Assembly: GCA_951406725.2 (NCBI GenBank) | Contig: OX597835.1 | Coordinates: forward strand, 38,130,001-38,194,000 | DNA length: 64,000 nucleotides | Direction: 5' to 3' | DNA from: Octopus vulgaris | Lineage: Eukaryota | Shown here: piece by piece, positions 27,322 through 40,976 of the stretch | How positions within the stretch are numbered: the stretch's first letter is position 1 | How the letters are laid out: the number at the start of each line of letters is the position of its first letter | Translations under genes and position numbers: made by a program | Notes under the pieces: model-generated | Databases searched by the model: none | The model's input: the letters and a program-made list of their open reading frames with translations, nothing else | Told to the model about the DNA's origin: nothing

Positions 27322-30228
27322 ATGCCGGATCCTAGGTCCTACCTCCTCACCCTCCATCACCGTTTGAAGGATCATCTACGTTCGCTTCCTGTATATTGCC
27401 TTCAGCCGTCCGTTAATCTCTCTCTACTTCTTTTTAAAAAACCCGCTTCTCTAGCCATGTCTCTTTCCTAAGCCGCTGCCTACATCACCGACTCATCCCT
27501 AAAGGTTTCCGCCTCCACTTCCACCCTGCTCTTCACTCGGATTCTTCCATCTTACCCATACTCCGCACCACATCTTACCGCCTTATGCGGGCCACCATTC
27601 GCTCCAATCTCTCCAAACTACATGCCATCAACCGCCTTCTTCCTCCTGCTTTCTCCACCTTCTTCTCCTCTCTGCCGCCTCTCTATGCTCCAAACACGCT
27701 ACGCTTCATTATCCATTTGAATCAACTCTTCCATCAATTTCTTTCTGATACCAAACTTCGTAAACTCCAATCACTCTTCCATTCCACCCTACCCGACGCC
27801 ACTACCCCAACTCCTCCACCACCCTTCTCCCCTCCCGATAGGCTCCATCCACCCACACCTAACCCCACTGCCCCTCCCTACAACCCCTTCTCCCCTCCCG
27901 TTAGGCTCCATCCACCTACACCTAACCCTACAGCCCCGCCCAACCACCCCCCACACACCTCCCCAATCCCTCCCCCTCAGACCTCCACGAGACCTACCAC
28001 CCCTCCTACTTCTATTCCACCCACCCCTTCTCCACTTCCGTCTGTTGTTACCATTCCCCCCGATCTTCCCCTCTCTGCGGCTGAACGCTCCGTCCTTGGT
28101 AGGGGTCTGCGTTTCATCCCCCTCACTCCATCCTGTAAGGAATTCCAGACGCGAGTTGATGTCCACAGCTTTGTGCGCCGTGTCCGGTTGGGTGCGCATT
28201 ACCACGACTCGCCACCCACACCCAACGAAGAGGACGACTGCTTCACTGGCCTGGGCCGCCGACCATCCCCGTGGACGCCTGCCCCTGGCCAGATCCTAGC
28301 AGTGGATCTTTTCGCGGGCGCTTGTCAGCGTGCATTGGAGCGGTTCAACTTCTCCAGGCGCCAACGCCGCCTCAACATCTCCCCGGCTGAGCTCTTGGCT
28401 CTTCGTTCCCTCCAACGGCGCGCTGACATTATCATCAAACCGGCTGACAAGGGTGGAGCTGTAGTGGTGTGGCGCGCGGACCTCTATAGGGCCGAGGCTT
28501 TCCGCCAACTCAATGACACCTCCTTCTATTCCCCTCTGCCCTCTAACCCCACACGTAGCTACCAACAGACGGTATCCTCTACTGTCCAAGACCTCATCTC
28601 GTCCTCCCGTCTCCCCCGCACCGCATCCAACCTAATTGTGCGAACCCCACGTACCCCCACCATTTACTTCCTCCCCAAAATCCACAAACCCAACAACCCT
28701 GGCCGCCCCATCGTCTCCGCCTGTAACTGCCCCACGGAGCTCATCTCTAAATACCTCGACCGTGTCCTTGCCCCCCTAGTGGCATCTCTTCCCTCCCACA
28801 TCCACGATACCAACCATGCTCTCCGGCTTTTCAACTCTTTCTCCTTTCCTCCCGGCTCCTCCAAAATCCTTTTACTATGGACATCCAAAGCCTCTATACT
28901 GTTATCCCTCACCACGAAGGACTGCAGGCCCTTCGACACTTTCTTGACCTCCGCTCTAACCCTGTACCTGACACCTCCACACTCATTCGTCTGGCCGAAC
29001 TTGTCCTTACTCTGAACTGCTTCTCGTTCGCGGGCGAGTTCTACCATCAGGTCTCGGGAGTGGCCATGGGAACGCGAATGGGCCCCAACTATGCGAACCT
29101 GTTCGTTGGCTATGTTGAGGCCCAAATATTCTCTAATTTCACTGGTCCCACTCCTGAACTATATGGTCGTTATATTGACGACATTATCGGTGCCACCTCA
29201 CTCTCCCGCGAACATCTAGATTCCTTCCTCTCTTTCGTCCAATCTTTCCATCCAGCCCTCCACTTCACTTCCACTATCTCCAACACCTCTGTCTCCTTCC
29301 TCGACATTTCGGTTAGCATTCTTCACTCCACTCTTACCACCTCCATTCACTACAAACACACAGACTCACACTCATACCTCAACTTCTCTTCCTCCCACCC
29401 AGAACACACCAAGCTTTCCATCCCCTATTCCCAATTCCTCCGTCTACGTAGGCTCTGTAGTGACGACCATGACTTTGAGACTCAGTCTCAACGTATGGCT
29501 CACCACTTCACCCTACGTGGATACCCCCTCACCACTATCCACACCGCCCTTGCCAGAGCACGGTCCGTGGACCGTGTATCTGCTCTCTCTCCCCGAACCC
29601 GCCCTGTAGTCTCCCGCCTCCCTTTTCCCCTCACTTACCACCCCACGACCCTACGTCTCCAACGCACCATTCTTCGAGCTTTCCGTCATCTCCAGTCCGA
29701 CCCGTCCACTTCACACCTCTTCCTTAACCGACCCCTCCCCTCTTTCAAACGAGCCCACAACCTTCGAGACCTTTTGGTCCATAGCTCCTTCCCTGACCCT
29801 ACCTCCCAACCCGGCTCGTTCCCCTGCTCCCGCCCACGTTGCCGCACTTGCCCTTACCTCTCCAACACCACCCGCCTCACTAGCACCCACCATCGACCCT
29901 ATCCCATCATCCACTCCTTCACCTGCACCTCCAGCAATATTATCTATTGCATCTCTTGCTCTCTCTGCAATTCCTTGTACATCGGACAAACGGGACGCCG
30001 CTTGGCTGACCGGTTCGCGGAACACCTTCGTGACATCCACCTTGCGAACGACACACCGGTCTCACGCCATTTCCGCTCCACCGGTCACTCCTTGCAACAC
30101 CTATCTGTGTTCGGTTTGTCCTTACACAGAGGCCATCCGGATTCCCGTTTGCGCCGTGAACAGGAATTAATCTTCTCTCTTCGCTCTTATACGCCATTTG
30201 GTCTCAACTCTCCCCCCTCCTCATCTAA
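27322..30228 (+). CDS. Penelope-type reverse transcriptase / GIY-YIG endonuclease polyprotein (two apparent 1-nt frameshifts at ~27435 and ~28870)
   Basis: The N-terminal MPDPRSY... frame joins HVSFLSRCLHHRLIPKGF after a shift in a T/A homopolymer. RT motifs: IIIKPADKGGAVVV, YFLPKIHK-PGRPIVS, MDIQSLYT, GVAMGTRMGPNYANLF, RYIDD, FLD. Thumb SSHP..K.SIP.SQ, Cys linker PCSRPRCRTC, GIY-YIG NIIYCISCSLCNSLYIGQTGR..RFAEH..HF..H..RE..GLN. The stop at 30228 is inferred; the track ORF reads on to 30595 through low-complexity sequence. Confidence 0.9.
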
Positions 30229-30384
30229 CCCCCTCTCCCCCTCCTCACCTATCCTTTCTCCCCCCGACCCCTACTTCTTCAGTCCTTCATCCTTTCACCC
30301 CTACTCCCCTTCCCTTCTTCCCTCTTTCTCCCTCCCTCTTCCCCTTCCCTCTGCTCCCTCACTCCCTCTCTCCCCTTCTCTCTC

Positions 30385-31234
30385 CCCCTCTCCCTCTTTC
30401 CTCCTTCATCCCCCTCATCCCCTTCCTTCTCCCCCATCCTCTCCTCTTCCCCCTTCTCCTCCCCCTCTTCTTTCCCTCCCCTTCTCCCCCTCCTCTCCCC
30501 CTCCCCTTCTCTCCCCCTCTTCTCCCCCTCCCTCTCTTCTCCTCACTACACCACATGACTTTACACATCACATCACATATGATGTGCCATACTAATACAC
30601 ACACCAACTAATACATACTAATACGTACTAATACATACTAGTACATACTAATACTTACACCAACCCTATACATACACACGTCCAGACCCCACACACGCAC
30701 TTATACTCTCTCACACACACACACACACACCTATACATACCAATACGTACTAATACATACTAATACATACTAATACATACACCAACCCCATACATACGCA
30801 CGTCCAGACCAATCCTACGCACTAATACTCTCTCATACACACACACACACACACACACACACCCTTATACATACTAATACATACACCAACCCTATACATA
30901 CACACATCCAGACCCCTCCCACGCACTTTTAGCTGGTCCCTCAACCATTTTATCAACCCTATTATCTCCCCTTATTTCGCTCTCGCGTCTCATGTTTGAT
31001 CTTTGACCTCTGGCCGAAATCAGATCGCCATGTTGATTCGTTAGCTACTGCACGCATTTTTTTTCTCTCCTTCTTTCTGTGTTTTTCTCTCTCTGTGTAT
31101 CTTTCTGTTGAAGAGCGTAGGCTCGAAACGTTAAAGACTTGTTTTATTTATATTTCCTGAGCGCCATACTAATACAATTGTTCGTTTGTTTTCCACCTGC
31201 CTTCGTCTTTTGTTTATTTTCATAAAGCTTCCCG

Positions 31235-31238
<4 letters not shown>
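30385..31238 (+). repeat. 3' pseudo-LTR of the Penelope-like element
   Basis: Direct repeat of 25849-26700, ending ...aagcttcccgt into (TA)n. Confidence 0.93.
31100..31137 (+). ncRNA. Minimal type I hammerhead ribozyme (A6U core variant) in 3' pLTR
   Basis: Identical to 26561-26598. Confidence 0.78.
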
Positions 31239-31299
<61 letters not shown>

Positions 31300-31304
<5 letters not shown>

Positions 31305-32276
31305 CTATATAGTATCTCACAGCATTATATACACCTCTAAAAAATTTCAGTAAAATTGCCATTCCTCTGATAATATCGAAGGAAATCAAACGAAATTTAT
31401 ATTGAATAAAAGGTATTATACATGTAAATATTATACAAATTTGGAATACAAAACAATAAACATTTTCAAAGATATGAACGAAATATTAATTTTCAAACTT
31501 TCCAAAAATATGTACACCCTAAAGGAAATTTACTATATTCAGTATTTTATCCATTTTTTTTCTAAATTCAGATATTGCTGATAATGATAATTTCAATTCT
31601 AATAAATTATTTCTCCTGGCATTTTTGCACCGGTCATTGTTATTGCATCTGCAAGAATTCTGATTTGTGTAAAAATCTTTTTCCTTGTGATTAAAATAGT
31701 ACCAAAAGGCAAAGAATTGTCTGAAGATTTGAAGAAAATTATTTTTAATTTGCACAAGAATGGTTTCGGATACAAATTAATTAGCAAACGAATACATATG
31801 AGCGAAAATACAGTTGCTAAAGTAATTCAGAAGTACAAAGCTACTGGACGGCTAAGCAGTAAACATCGTCCAGATCGTCCTTCTGTTTTAACTGCGCGTG
31901 ATATTCGCCTCATCAAACCTTGTGAGATGGACGACAGGCGTCGTACTGCTTCATCGTTATTCATTGTTATTATTATTATCAAGTGTCTTCTGTTAGTGGA
32001 AAGAGTGTATCCGGCCAAACAGTTCGCCGAAGTTTGAACCATTGAAACCAAGGGCTGTCACACCAAATATTGAATATAGCAAATAATCCTTTAGGGTGTA
32101 TATATCATTATATCATTTGGAAATTAATATTTCGTTCATAATTTAGAAAATGTTTGCATGTTTGATATGTTTTATTCAGTATAATTTTCGTTTGATTTCC
32201 TTCGATATTATCGGAGTAATGGCAATTATTTTACTGAAAAATGTTAGGGTGTACATACTTCCGAGAGATATTGTAT
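31300..32276 (+). mobile_element. Internally deleted Tc1-like transposon with ~220-bp IR/DR TIRs
   Basis: Paired-like HTH fragment PKGKELSEDLKKIIFNLHKNGFGYKLISK...RP (31699-31950), long inverted termini, and inner repeats tacaccctaaagga / tcctttagggtgta. Confidence 0.88.
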
Positions 32277-32277
32277 G

Positions 32278-32331
<54 letters not shown>

Positions 32332-32382
32332 GTGAGGGAAGAAATGGAGCTGAACGAAGATTTTACAAAATTCCTTTTTATT

Positions 32383-32467
32383 ATTTTCTACATATGTTTC
32401 AAAGGCTGCAAATTCCTAATTCGGATTGAATAAGGATACCATTTTGCAGCTTTCTCTTCAGGAAAAT
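32383..32467 (-). ncRNA. Type I hammerhead ribozyme, canonical core
   Basis: attttc CTGAAGA g aaag ctgcaaa ... tttgcag c cttt GAAA catatg TA gaaaat: 6-bp stem I, long stem II, palindromic stem III, GUA site. Confidence 0.88.
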
Positions 32468-33049
32468 CCAGGAACTTAAATCTCCAAACAAATGCGCAGC
32501 AAGCTTTTCGACAAACGCTCTCTAGGAGCCCATGGTATGAATGGCACAAAACTGTCTCTCAATATGCGTTGACGTCAGGGTGGGTGAAAGCCGACGAAAA
32601 TGTCCGTTGAGATAATTCGAGGTCAAAATCCGGTTAACATTGAGGAGGGGAAGAATTTTTTATCAGCTGCTTGACCATCAATAGCTGCAATATATTTCTC
32701 CCTAGCTGCTTCCTAAACATACTGCCACACATACATAGGCGCACACACACATACATGTAGGTAGTTTCTCACACCCAAATACGATAGCTTTCATTCTTAA
32801 AACAATTCGAATATTAACACTAGTTATACAGAATATATTCACACTCTTTGGTTTTCTGTAATTCTTCCCCTCCTCAATGTTAACCGGATTTTGACCTCGA
32901 ATTATCTCAACGGACTTTTTCGTCGGCTTTCACCCACCCTGACGTCAACGCATATTGAGAGACAGTTTTGTGCCATTCATACCATGGGCTCCTAGAGAGC
33001 GTTTGTCGAAAAGCTTGCTGCGCATTTGTTTGGAGATTTAAGTTCCTGG

Positions 33050-33135
33050 ATTTTCCTGAAGAGAAAGCTGCAAAATGGTATCCTTATTCAATCCGAATTA
33101 GGGAATTTGCAGCCTTTGAAACATATGCAGAACAT
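33050..33135 (+). ncRNA. Type I hammerhead copy with mutated cleavage triplet (GCA) and stem I mismatch
   Basis: Inverted copy of 32383-32467 reading GAAAcatatgCAgaacat. Confidence 0.7.
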
Positions 33136-33339
33136 AATAAAAAGGAATTTTGTAAAATCTTCGTTCAGCTCCATTTCTTCCCTCACTAAATATATAAAAC
33201 TTCAATTATCCGCACTAAGGCACGGTTGCGATACCCCATGGTCGTAACCTCAACCGTGATTTTTCTGTTGTGATTTTTGCTACCCAGGTATCGGTTATAA
33301 TTTGAATAATCCGTAATAAGATAATTCATTTATCTATTT

Positions 33340-33412
<73 letters not shown>

Positions 33413-33432
33413 TAGAGAGAGAGAGAGAGAGA

Positions 33433-33491
<59 letters not shown>

Positions 33492-33494
33492 TAA

Positions 33495-34544
33495 TAATAA
33501 CAAACGCACTCATAGAGCGCCAACTTCCGCCAAGGCAACACCAACGTCCTTTCAACGATTTACCGGAGATGATTTTTAAAATAAACTCGATTGCTCTCAC
33601 AAACGAGAATATTAAAAATGAACCCGACTGCTTCGCAAATATTAAATAAAAAGAAAAACTGAAAAATAATCCAGAATCTTTGTCCGGTACCTGATCGATC
33701 CCAGTAGTAGTCAGGGAATGTGAAGGTGGGTGTGTGGGTCATGTTTGTAATGCTGTGTGTGCGTCCTTTGCGGTGGAACAGGGACAGTTTTCTCTATGAA
33801 GGCCTTTCTTTGGTCTATCCACTGATATACTGACTTTACGACCTTTAAGGTCTATAGTGAAAAATTTATCCGTGCGTGAAAGAAAACGAAAAGGACCTGC
33901 ATACGGTGCTGTTAACGGAGGTTTAACAACATCATTGCGCACAAAAACGTGAGTCCAAGAAGTAAAGCTTCCTTCAAAGCAGAGCTAGAAATGCAATTGT
34001 CAAGTAGGTAAGAGGTTTTAAACAGAAGCGATATATTCAAAATTGGTAAAACTAAACAAAATTGTCGAGGATGAATTGAATTTATTATTGTTACTGAATA
34101 TGTTAGTGTTATTCAATTTCTGAACGGTTTTGCTGCCGTTTGTTTATGTAATTTGATTTCTTTATCCGTCATTTCCTACTAAAATAGAAACGCGATTAAA
34201 ATTAATAATAGATAAACGAAAATAAAACTTCGGAAACAGTAACGCAGCCATTACTTGCGTGGAAACCATGAGCGTGCTTTCAAGGGAGATAATCAAAGAA
34301 AGACTTGAAAGTGAACGTAAGATCGTAATACTTCAAGTAAAATAAAGTAAATATAACAAATAATCCATAATCCTTGTCCTGTACCGGATCGATTCCAAAA
34401 TGTAATCAGTTCGTGCCAGTCACGAGGCCAAACATCCATGAAAGATTCATCCGAATCCATCCAACAGTTCTTGAGATATTTTGTCCATGGACCAACAAAC
34501 AAACAAACACGATTGAAAACAATACCTCCGCTTTCGCTAAGCCG

Positions 34545-34552
<8 letters not shown>
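33495..34552 (-). mobile_element. Helentron-associated / DINE-1-like non-autonomous element
   Basis: 5' ttaactccg..cggaggt inverted motif followed by (gttt)n. 3' ggcggaagtt plus hairpin gcgctc-tat-gagtgc. Inserted in a T-rich (TTA)n context. Confidence 0.65.
33715..33965 (-). pseudogene. Ty3/Gypsy integrase C-terminal (GPY/F) fragment
   Basis: HVFVRNDVVKPPLTAPYAGPFRFLSRTDKFFTIDLKGRKVSISVDRPK. Confidence 0.85.
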
Positions 34553-34614
<62 letters not shown>

Positions 34615-34616
<2 letters not shown>

Positions 34617-35169
34617 CCCTGATGCAGTACCAGGCAGTGGCTCTCATGGCTTTTGATCTTAACTGATTGGAAGTGTTATCATGTACATTGTTTTGTCTTG
34701 GTATAAAAGATGGGCTACAGCAAATATTCTGCTCAATACCACAGATTTGCTTGTCAGTTGTTTGACCTTAACCAGTTGAGCATGTCCCTTAGTGGCTGAC
34801 GATATGTGCATCTCTGATCACGAGCAGAAGTAGTGGGGGAGCATCATAGCCATGTGTTGAGAGGGATTCTTTGGGGTTTGAATAATTCACCTCTGGAAAC
34901 ATGGGTGGTTTTTTCAACATCCTTAAACAACCCTTATTCAGGGACCTTTTGAGCGGGATGGGCTACTCAACCTGAAGAAAATTCTAACTGGGCCCCACCT
35001 GCAAGGTCATGTGCTGTTTATCTTGATATGAGATCACCATGTCGCGCACATATGGTTGTGATGCATGTGCCTGGTGTACCCTTATCAGACGGGTAGTCAT
35101 GATGGGTATATTGGGCTTCGTATATTTTACCCCAGTGTCACTTTGATGGCATGAACTGCTCTCTCACTC

Positions 35170-35170
<1 letters not shown>
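34615..35170 (+). mobile_element. Non-coding ~555-bp insert in (TAA)n; probable Dong/R4-type UTR or non-autonomous derivative
   Basis: Complex sequence cleanly bounded by TAA repeats on both sides, with no ORF over 60 aa. The Dong assignment is inferred only from the target. Confidence 0.5.
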
Positions 35171-35207
<37 letters not shown>

Positions 35208-35242
35208 TGATGATAATAATAATAAATATAATAATAATATTA

Positions 35243-35331
<89 letters not shown>

Positions 35332-35628
35332 GGTGGCTTGCTCGCAATTTATAGAACTATAGACGCTACCAAAGTGACTAAGGGCTCTAGTTAGCTCCAG
35401 CATTGCTAGAAATAACAGTCAAAACTTATCTTAAGACTGACAAAGAAGGCAATCTCCCAATAGCATTGGCGACGTAGCCAGATCACCAGTGATTTCGCAT
35501 TTTTGTTAATGCTCGTCAATGTCTCTTACCGAGCCTAGGGTTAAGCTGGCTCACCTTGTCAGTCCTAAAATAAGTGCTTCATTGTGGCGAAGAGTTGTTT
35601 TGACTGTTATTTCTTGCAATGCCGGTGC

Positions 35629-35709
<81 letters not shown>

Positions 35710-36022
35710 GGGCGGAGTAAGAAAAAATAGACGAAAATGCACATTGTAAATCAAAAAAAGTAAAGGCATTTTATGTAATGTAACGAAAAATATATACAAT
35801 TAGATGACCTGAGGTAGGAATAAAAGTAATAAAAGTCATTATTGTGAAATTATTAAAGAGATTCAAGCATACCGGTTTCGTAAAATTACGAATCATTGCT
35901 TTGAATACAACTATTCATTGCTTTGAATGCACACCGATTAATGGATTAAAATGTGACTGCGTGTGTACCGTTGGCGATTTTCCCCTCCATCTTCCCTTCC
36001 TTGGATCTTTCCTTTTCCTATG

Positions 36023-36055
36023 TTTCTGACGAAGAGCTCCGCTCGAAACGTTAAA
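36023..36055 (+). ncRNA. Minimal type I hammerhead ribozyme, canonical core, in a pLTR-like fragment (~35975-36158)
   Basis: ttt CTGACGA a gagc tcc gctc GAAA cg TT aaa, followed by a pyrimidine-rich tail (tttcctgagcg, shared with the main pLTR) that ends in (TA)n. Confidence 0.8.
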
Positions 36056-36154
36056 TCCTCCTTCTTTCTTTCCTTTCCTGAGCGTTAGATAACACTATAC
36101 TTGTTCCACGTCCTCGCGTTGTTGTGTTTTCTCTTTGTGTTTTCATGTTTGGAT

Positions 36155-36221
<67 letters not shown>

Positions 36222-36694
36222 GTATGTATATATACATATAGCACGGGCATACACACACACATACATATATAATATATCTGTGTGTGTGTTTACGTTTGTC
36301 CCCCACCATTACTTGACAACCGATGGTGGTTTGTTTGCATCCTCGTAAGCTAGCCGTTCGGCAAATGAGACCGATAGAACACGTAGCAGTACTTAAAAAC
36401 AAAAATGTAATGGGATTCGAATCATTCGACTAAAGCTTTTCAAGGTGGTGCCCCAGCATGGCCACAGTCTTAATGACTGAAACGAGTAGAAAAGTCAAAA
36501 AGTTTAAAAATTACATTGTGAGTTTCATTGCTTCGAAATCTGAAGAATTTTTTAAAGCTTGAAGGATCAACGATTATTAAATAGATTGATGGCATTATAT
36601 TATCCAAAACGAGGGAAAATATCTTGATTAAATCGATCAACTAAAGGAAAGAGGCATTTGTTTTTGTCTTTAAGTGTGAGAGGACTTTCTTTAC

Positions 36695-36780
<86 letters not shown>

Positions 36781-37023
36781 AGTATTAGGTACACACGCAA
36801 GTATGTATATTTTGGTGAGTTAATAGTTTTAGGCGAGGAAATAATTTTAAAAAAATTAGGTAATTTAAATTAACGAGATTCGAAAATTTCCCAAGGGTGT
36901 CTTCTGCATTGAGAGCTTACAGTTAAGTATGGTAGCCTACATTTAAGTATATATTCTGTATGCAGAAGTCACTCTTGGGAAATTTTTCAATGTCAGTACA
37001 CACACGCGCGCGCGCACACACAC

Positions 37024-37054
<31 letters not shown>

Positions 37055-37179
37055 TACACATACACGCATACACATACGTATATAACTACATGCGTGTGCC
37101 CAAACAGAGATGAGCATTTATACATACAAACATATATGTGTGTGCATACACATACATACATATATACATATATACATAC

Positions 37180-37286
<107 letters not shown>

Positions 37287-37680
37287 ACTCATATATTACA
37301 CTCGCACATATATATATATATACATAGATGTATATGCATAAATACATATATATATGTATAAATGCATATATATATATGTATATGTATAAATACATATATA
37401 TTATATATATATATTTGTATATGTATATTTATATATGTATATATACATACATACATATGTACATATATATATACATATATATATGCGTGTGTATATATTT
37501 ATATATACATACATACACACACATATATATATATATATATACATATATACATATGTACATATACATATGTATATATACATACATATGTACATATATATAC
37601 ATATATATATATGCGTGTATATATACATATGTAGTTATGTATATATGTATGGACATATATTTCTATGTATGTTATGTGCG

Positions 37681-37712
<32 letters not shown>

Positions 37713-37900
37713 AGCAAACCCGCTTTTACTTTTCCAGCGTGTGATACTTTCTCTTCTACTTAACTACTTAAGCGCTGCTCCACGTAAAACTATCATTCAT
37801 ATTTCTAGAAAAAAAATACTTTCCTCTAAAACGTTCGCTACTGTTTTCCCAACGTTTTTCAAGGTGTGTCAGTCTGTTCGTGTGTGTGATGGTGGTGGTC

Positions 37901-37961
<61 letters not shown>

Positions 37962-38091
37962 CGTGCGTGTCGGATCTAGATCGCTTGTACATAATGTTTT
38001 TCTTCTGAGATTCTTTATCAGCTGTCCGCCTAGATTCATTCATCAATGTCTACAAATGTAATAAACACACACACGCACACACACGCACGCC

Positions 38092-38136
<45 letters not shown>

Positions 38137-38358
38137 GCACACACACACACACACACGCACACCAACACACACACACACACACGCACGCCAACACACACAC
38201 ACACACAGACGCGCGCAAGCAAGCACACACACACACACACAAACACACACACATCAAAACAAGGAACTGAAAAATGCTTTTGGTATTATTCACTATTACA
38301 CGTGTTTCTTTCAAGAGGACATACCTTGGATTTTAACCCTATCAACATAATGTCTGTG

Positions 38359-38449
<91 letters not shown>

Positions 38450-38526
38450 TTAAATTTACATCTAATATAGGAGAAAATTTTTTTATCAATGTCCAGCATA
38501 TTAAAAATACCTTTAAAGGTTAAATT

Positions 38527-38580
38527 TATCACTGACGAAGAGAAGGTTCTTATGAATTAACTCTGAAATCGGGTCCGATA
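38527..38580 (+). ncRNA. Type I hammerhead ribozyme motif in an insert (~38445-38728) ending in (TA)n
   Basis: tatca CTGACGA agag ... ctct GAAA tcgg GTC cgata. The 3' tail of the insert recurs at 10181-10270, also ending in (TA)n. Confidence 0.7.
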
Positions 38581-38726
38581 TGATAATAACAGAAATTTTT
38601 AGAAATTTCTGTCGGCTTTCTTCGAGATACGTGCTTATAGTGATGAATTATAATGATTTTGGACAATGTGTCTAATTTCGTCATATTTGGCATTAGAAAT
38701 TTTTTCTTCTGCCCTTCTTTATAAGT

Positions 38727-38798
<72 letters not shown>

Positions 38799-39583
38799 AC
38801 ATATGTGACAATTATTCGGAAGTGATGATAAAAATTCACGCTGATGGTATAAGGTACAAATATACAATTACGAAGACGTAAACTCCATCATCTGTTGTCA
38901 AACGGCGGTAGGAGACAAGCACAGACACACGCGCACACTCCTACCGACACACACACGACAGGATTCTTACAGTTTCCGCCCACTAAATCCACACAGGAGG
39001 CCTTGTTCAGCCTGAGGCTTTAGCAGACGACACTTGCTTGATTTGCCACTCAGTGGGATTAAAACCGGAACCATTTTGTAGAGAGGTAAACCACTTACCA
39101 CACAACCACACCCGCATATATATACATATATATATTTACAATATAACCATTAGCGATTCAAGCAATATGAGTAACAAAAGATAACGTTTACACCTAACTT
39201 TACGTGGATGTCTTGTTATAACGCCCAAAACTGAGGTATTCACCTGCAAAGATCTGTCACATAGACGCATGGTGCAGAAAATCACATACATATATCGTAG
39301 CAGAAGAGCATCGTTTGCTATATGCACCAGAACTGAGAAAGCACGTGATTTCAGTCTATTGAACTTCTTCAGTGTCTGGCGTCCCTTGACTACATGTCAA
39401 CGAAATATCGGATATTGTATGTATCGTGGTAGCGAGATTCGAAGAAGTCCAATAGACTGAAATAACACGATCTGGTAGTTCCGGCACCCATACCAAACAA
39501 TTCTCATCTGCTGCAGTATATGTCTTTGCTTTTATGCTCCATGCTGCTATATGAGAGAACCTCTCGTATATACATATATTTAC

Positions 39584-39697
<114 letters not shown>

Positions 39698-39878
39698 GTA
39701 TGTCTGCATATACATATATATGTATGTATGTTTGTATGTATGTCGTCTGTGAGGTTGCGGTTAACCTGTTTCTAAGAGATTTGTTTTGATAATTTTTATA
39801 AATTAAAACATGAGATATTCAAATACTGTACCAAAAATAATTTCTTATATATCGATATCGTTATCTACCTACCTACCA

Positions 39879-39963
<85 letters not shown>

Positions 39964-39975
39964 GCTATCTATCTA

Positions 39976-40026
<51 letters not shown>

Positions 40027-40133
40027 TTTAAACGATACCTATCTATCTAACCACGATCCTCTTATAAATGCAGATGAAATTCTACCGTACGACGACGACG
40101 ACGACGACCACCACCACCACCATCACCACCACC

Positions 40134-40187
<54 letters not shown>

Positions 40188-40520
40188 GCTGCTGCTGCTG
40201 TTACAGCTGCTGCTACAATCACCACTCACGTATAGCCACCCCCCCACCACCACAGCCGCCGCCACTATCTGATGATCACCGGCGCCACCACCAATGACGC
40301 GATCATTCCTATCCACCCCGCCGCCAATTTTTACACATCGCATCGCCACCCTGAATCTACCCCTTGCTTAAACACACCAACACGTTGATCACAACAATCA
40401 ACACTCACACCGCCCCCTATTAACACCAACATCATTACCACCGTCGCTGCGATCGCCACCATCGTAAACATGAAGACCATCACCACCAACACCACCACTA
40501 CCACAACTACCATCACCACC

Positions 40521-40552
<32 letters not shown>

Positions 40553-40904
40553 CCAACACCACCACTGCAATAATCATCATCATCATCACCGCGATCAACA
40601 CAACAAACATGGGCACGACTACGACGATTACCACCACCACCACCACCATCACCACCACCACCATCACAACCACTACAACCACCACCACCACCACCACCAC
40701 CACCACCACCACCACCACCACCACCACCATCACCACCACCATCACAACCACTACAACCACCACTACAACCACCACCACCACTATTACAACCACCACCATA
40801 ACCACCACCACCACCACCACCACCACCAGACTACTCACATACACATACACGAACACATGCATACGCGATCGTGCGCGCACACACACGCACACACATACAC
40901 GCAC

Positions 40905-40976
<72 letters not shown>

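Larger units (their letters stand above)
25849..31238 (+). mobile_element. Penelope-like retroelement (EN+, Neptune-like), near full length, flanked by (TA)n on both sides
   Basis: RT + GIY-YIG ORF bracketed by two near-identical direct repeats (25849-26700 and ~30385-31238). Both outer ends abut TA microsatellite, and each repeat contains a hammerhead motif. Confidence 0.95.
32322..33196. mobile_element. Inverted-repeat element (arms ~32322-32657 and ~32860-33196), probable inverted Penelope pLTR pair
   Basis: Two ~335-bp near-perfect inverted arms with a ~200-bp spacer and TA runs at the outer ends. Each arm has a hammerhead ~55 nt from its outer end. Confidence 0.85.

Noticed and set aside
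30229-30595. Pro/Ser-rich C-terminal extension of the Penelope ORF
   Set aside because: Runs through the CT-rich UTR and pLTR. GIY-YIG domains of this group usually end shortly after GLN, and one base fewer in a C run would give a stop at 30228.
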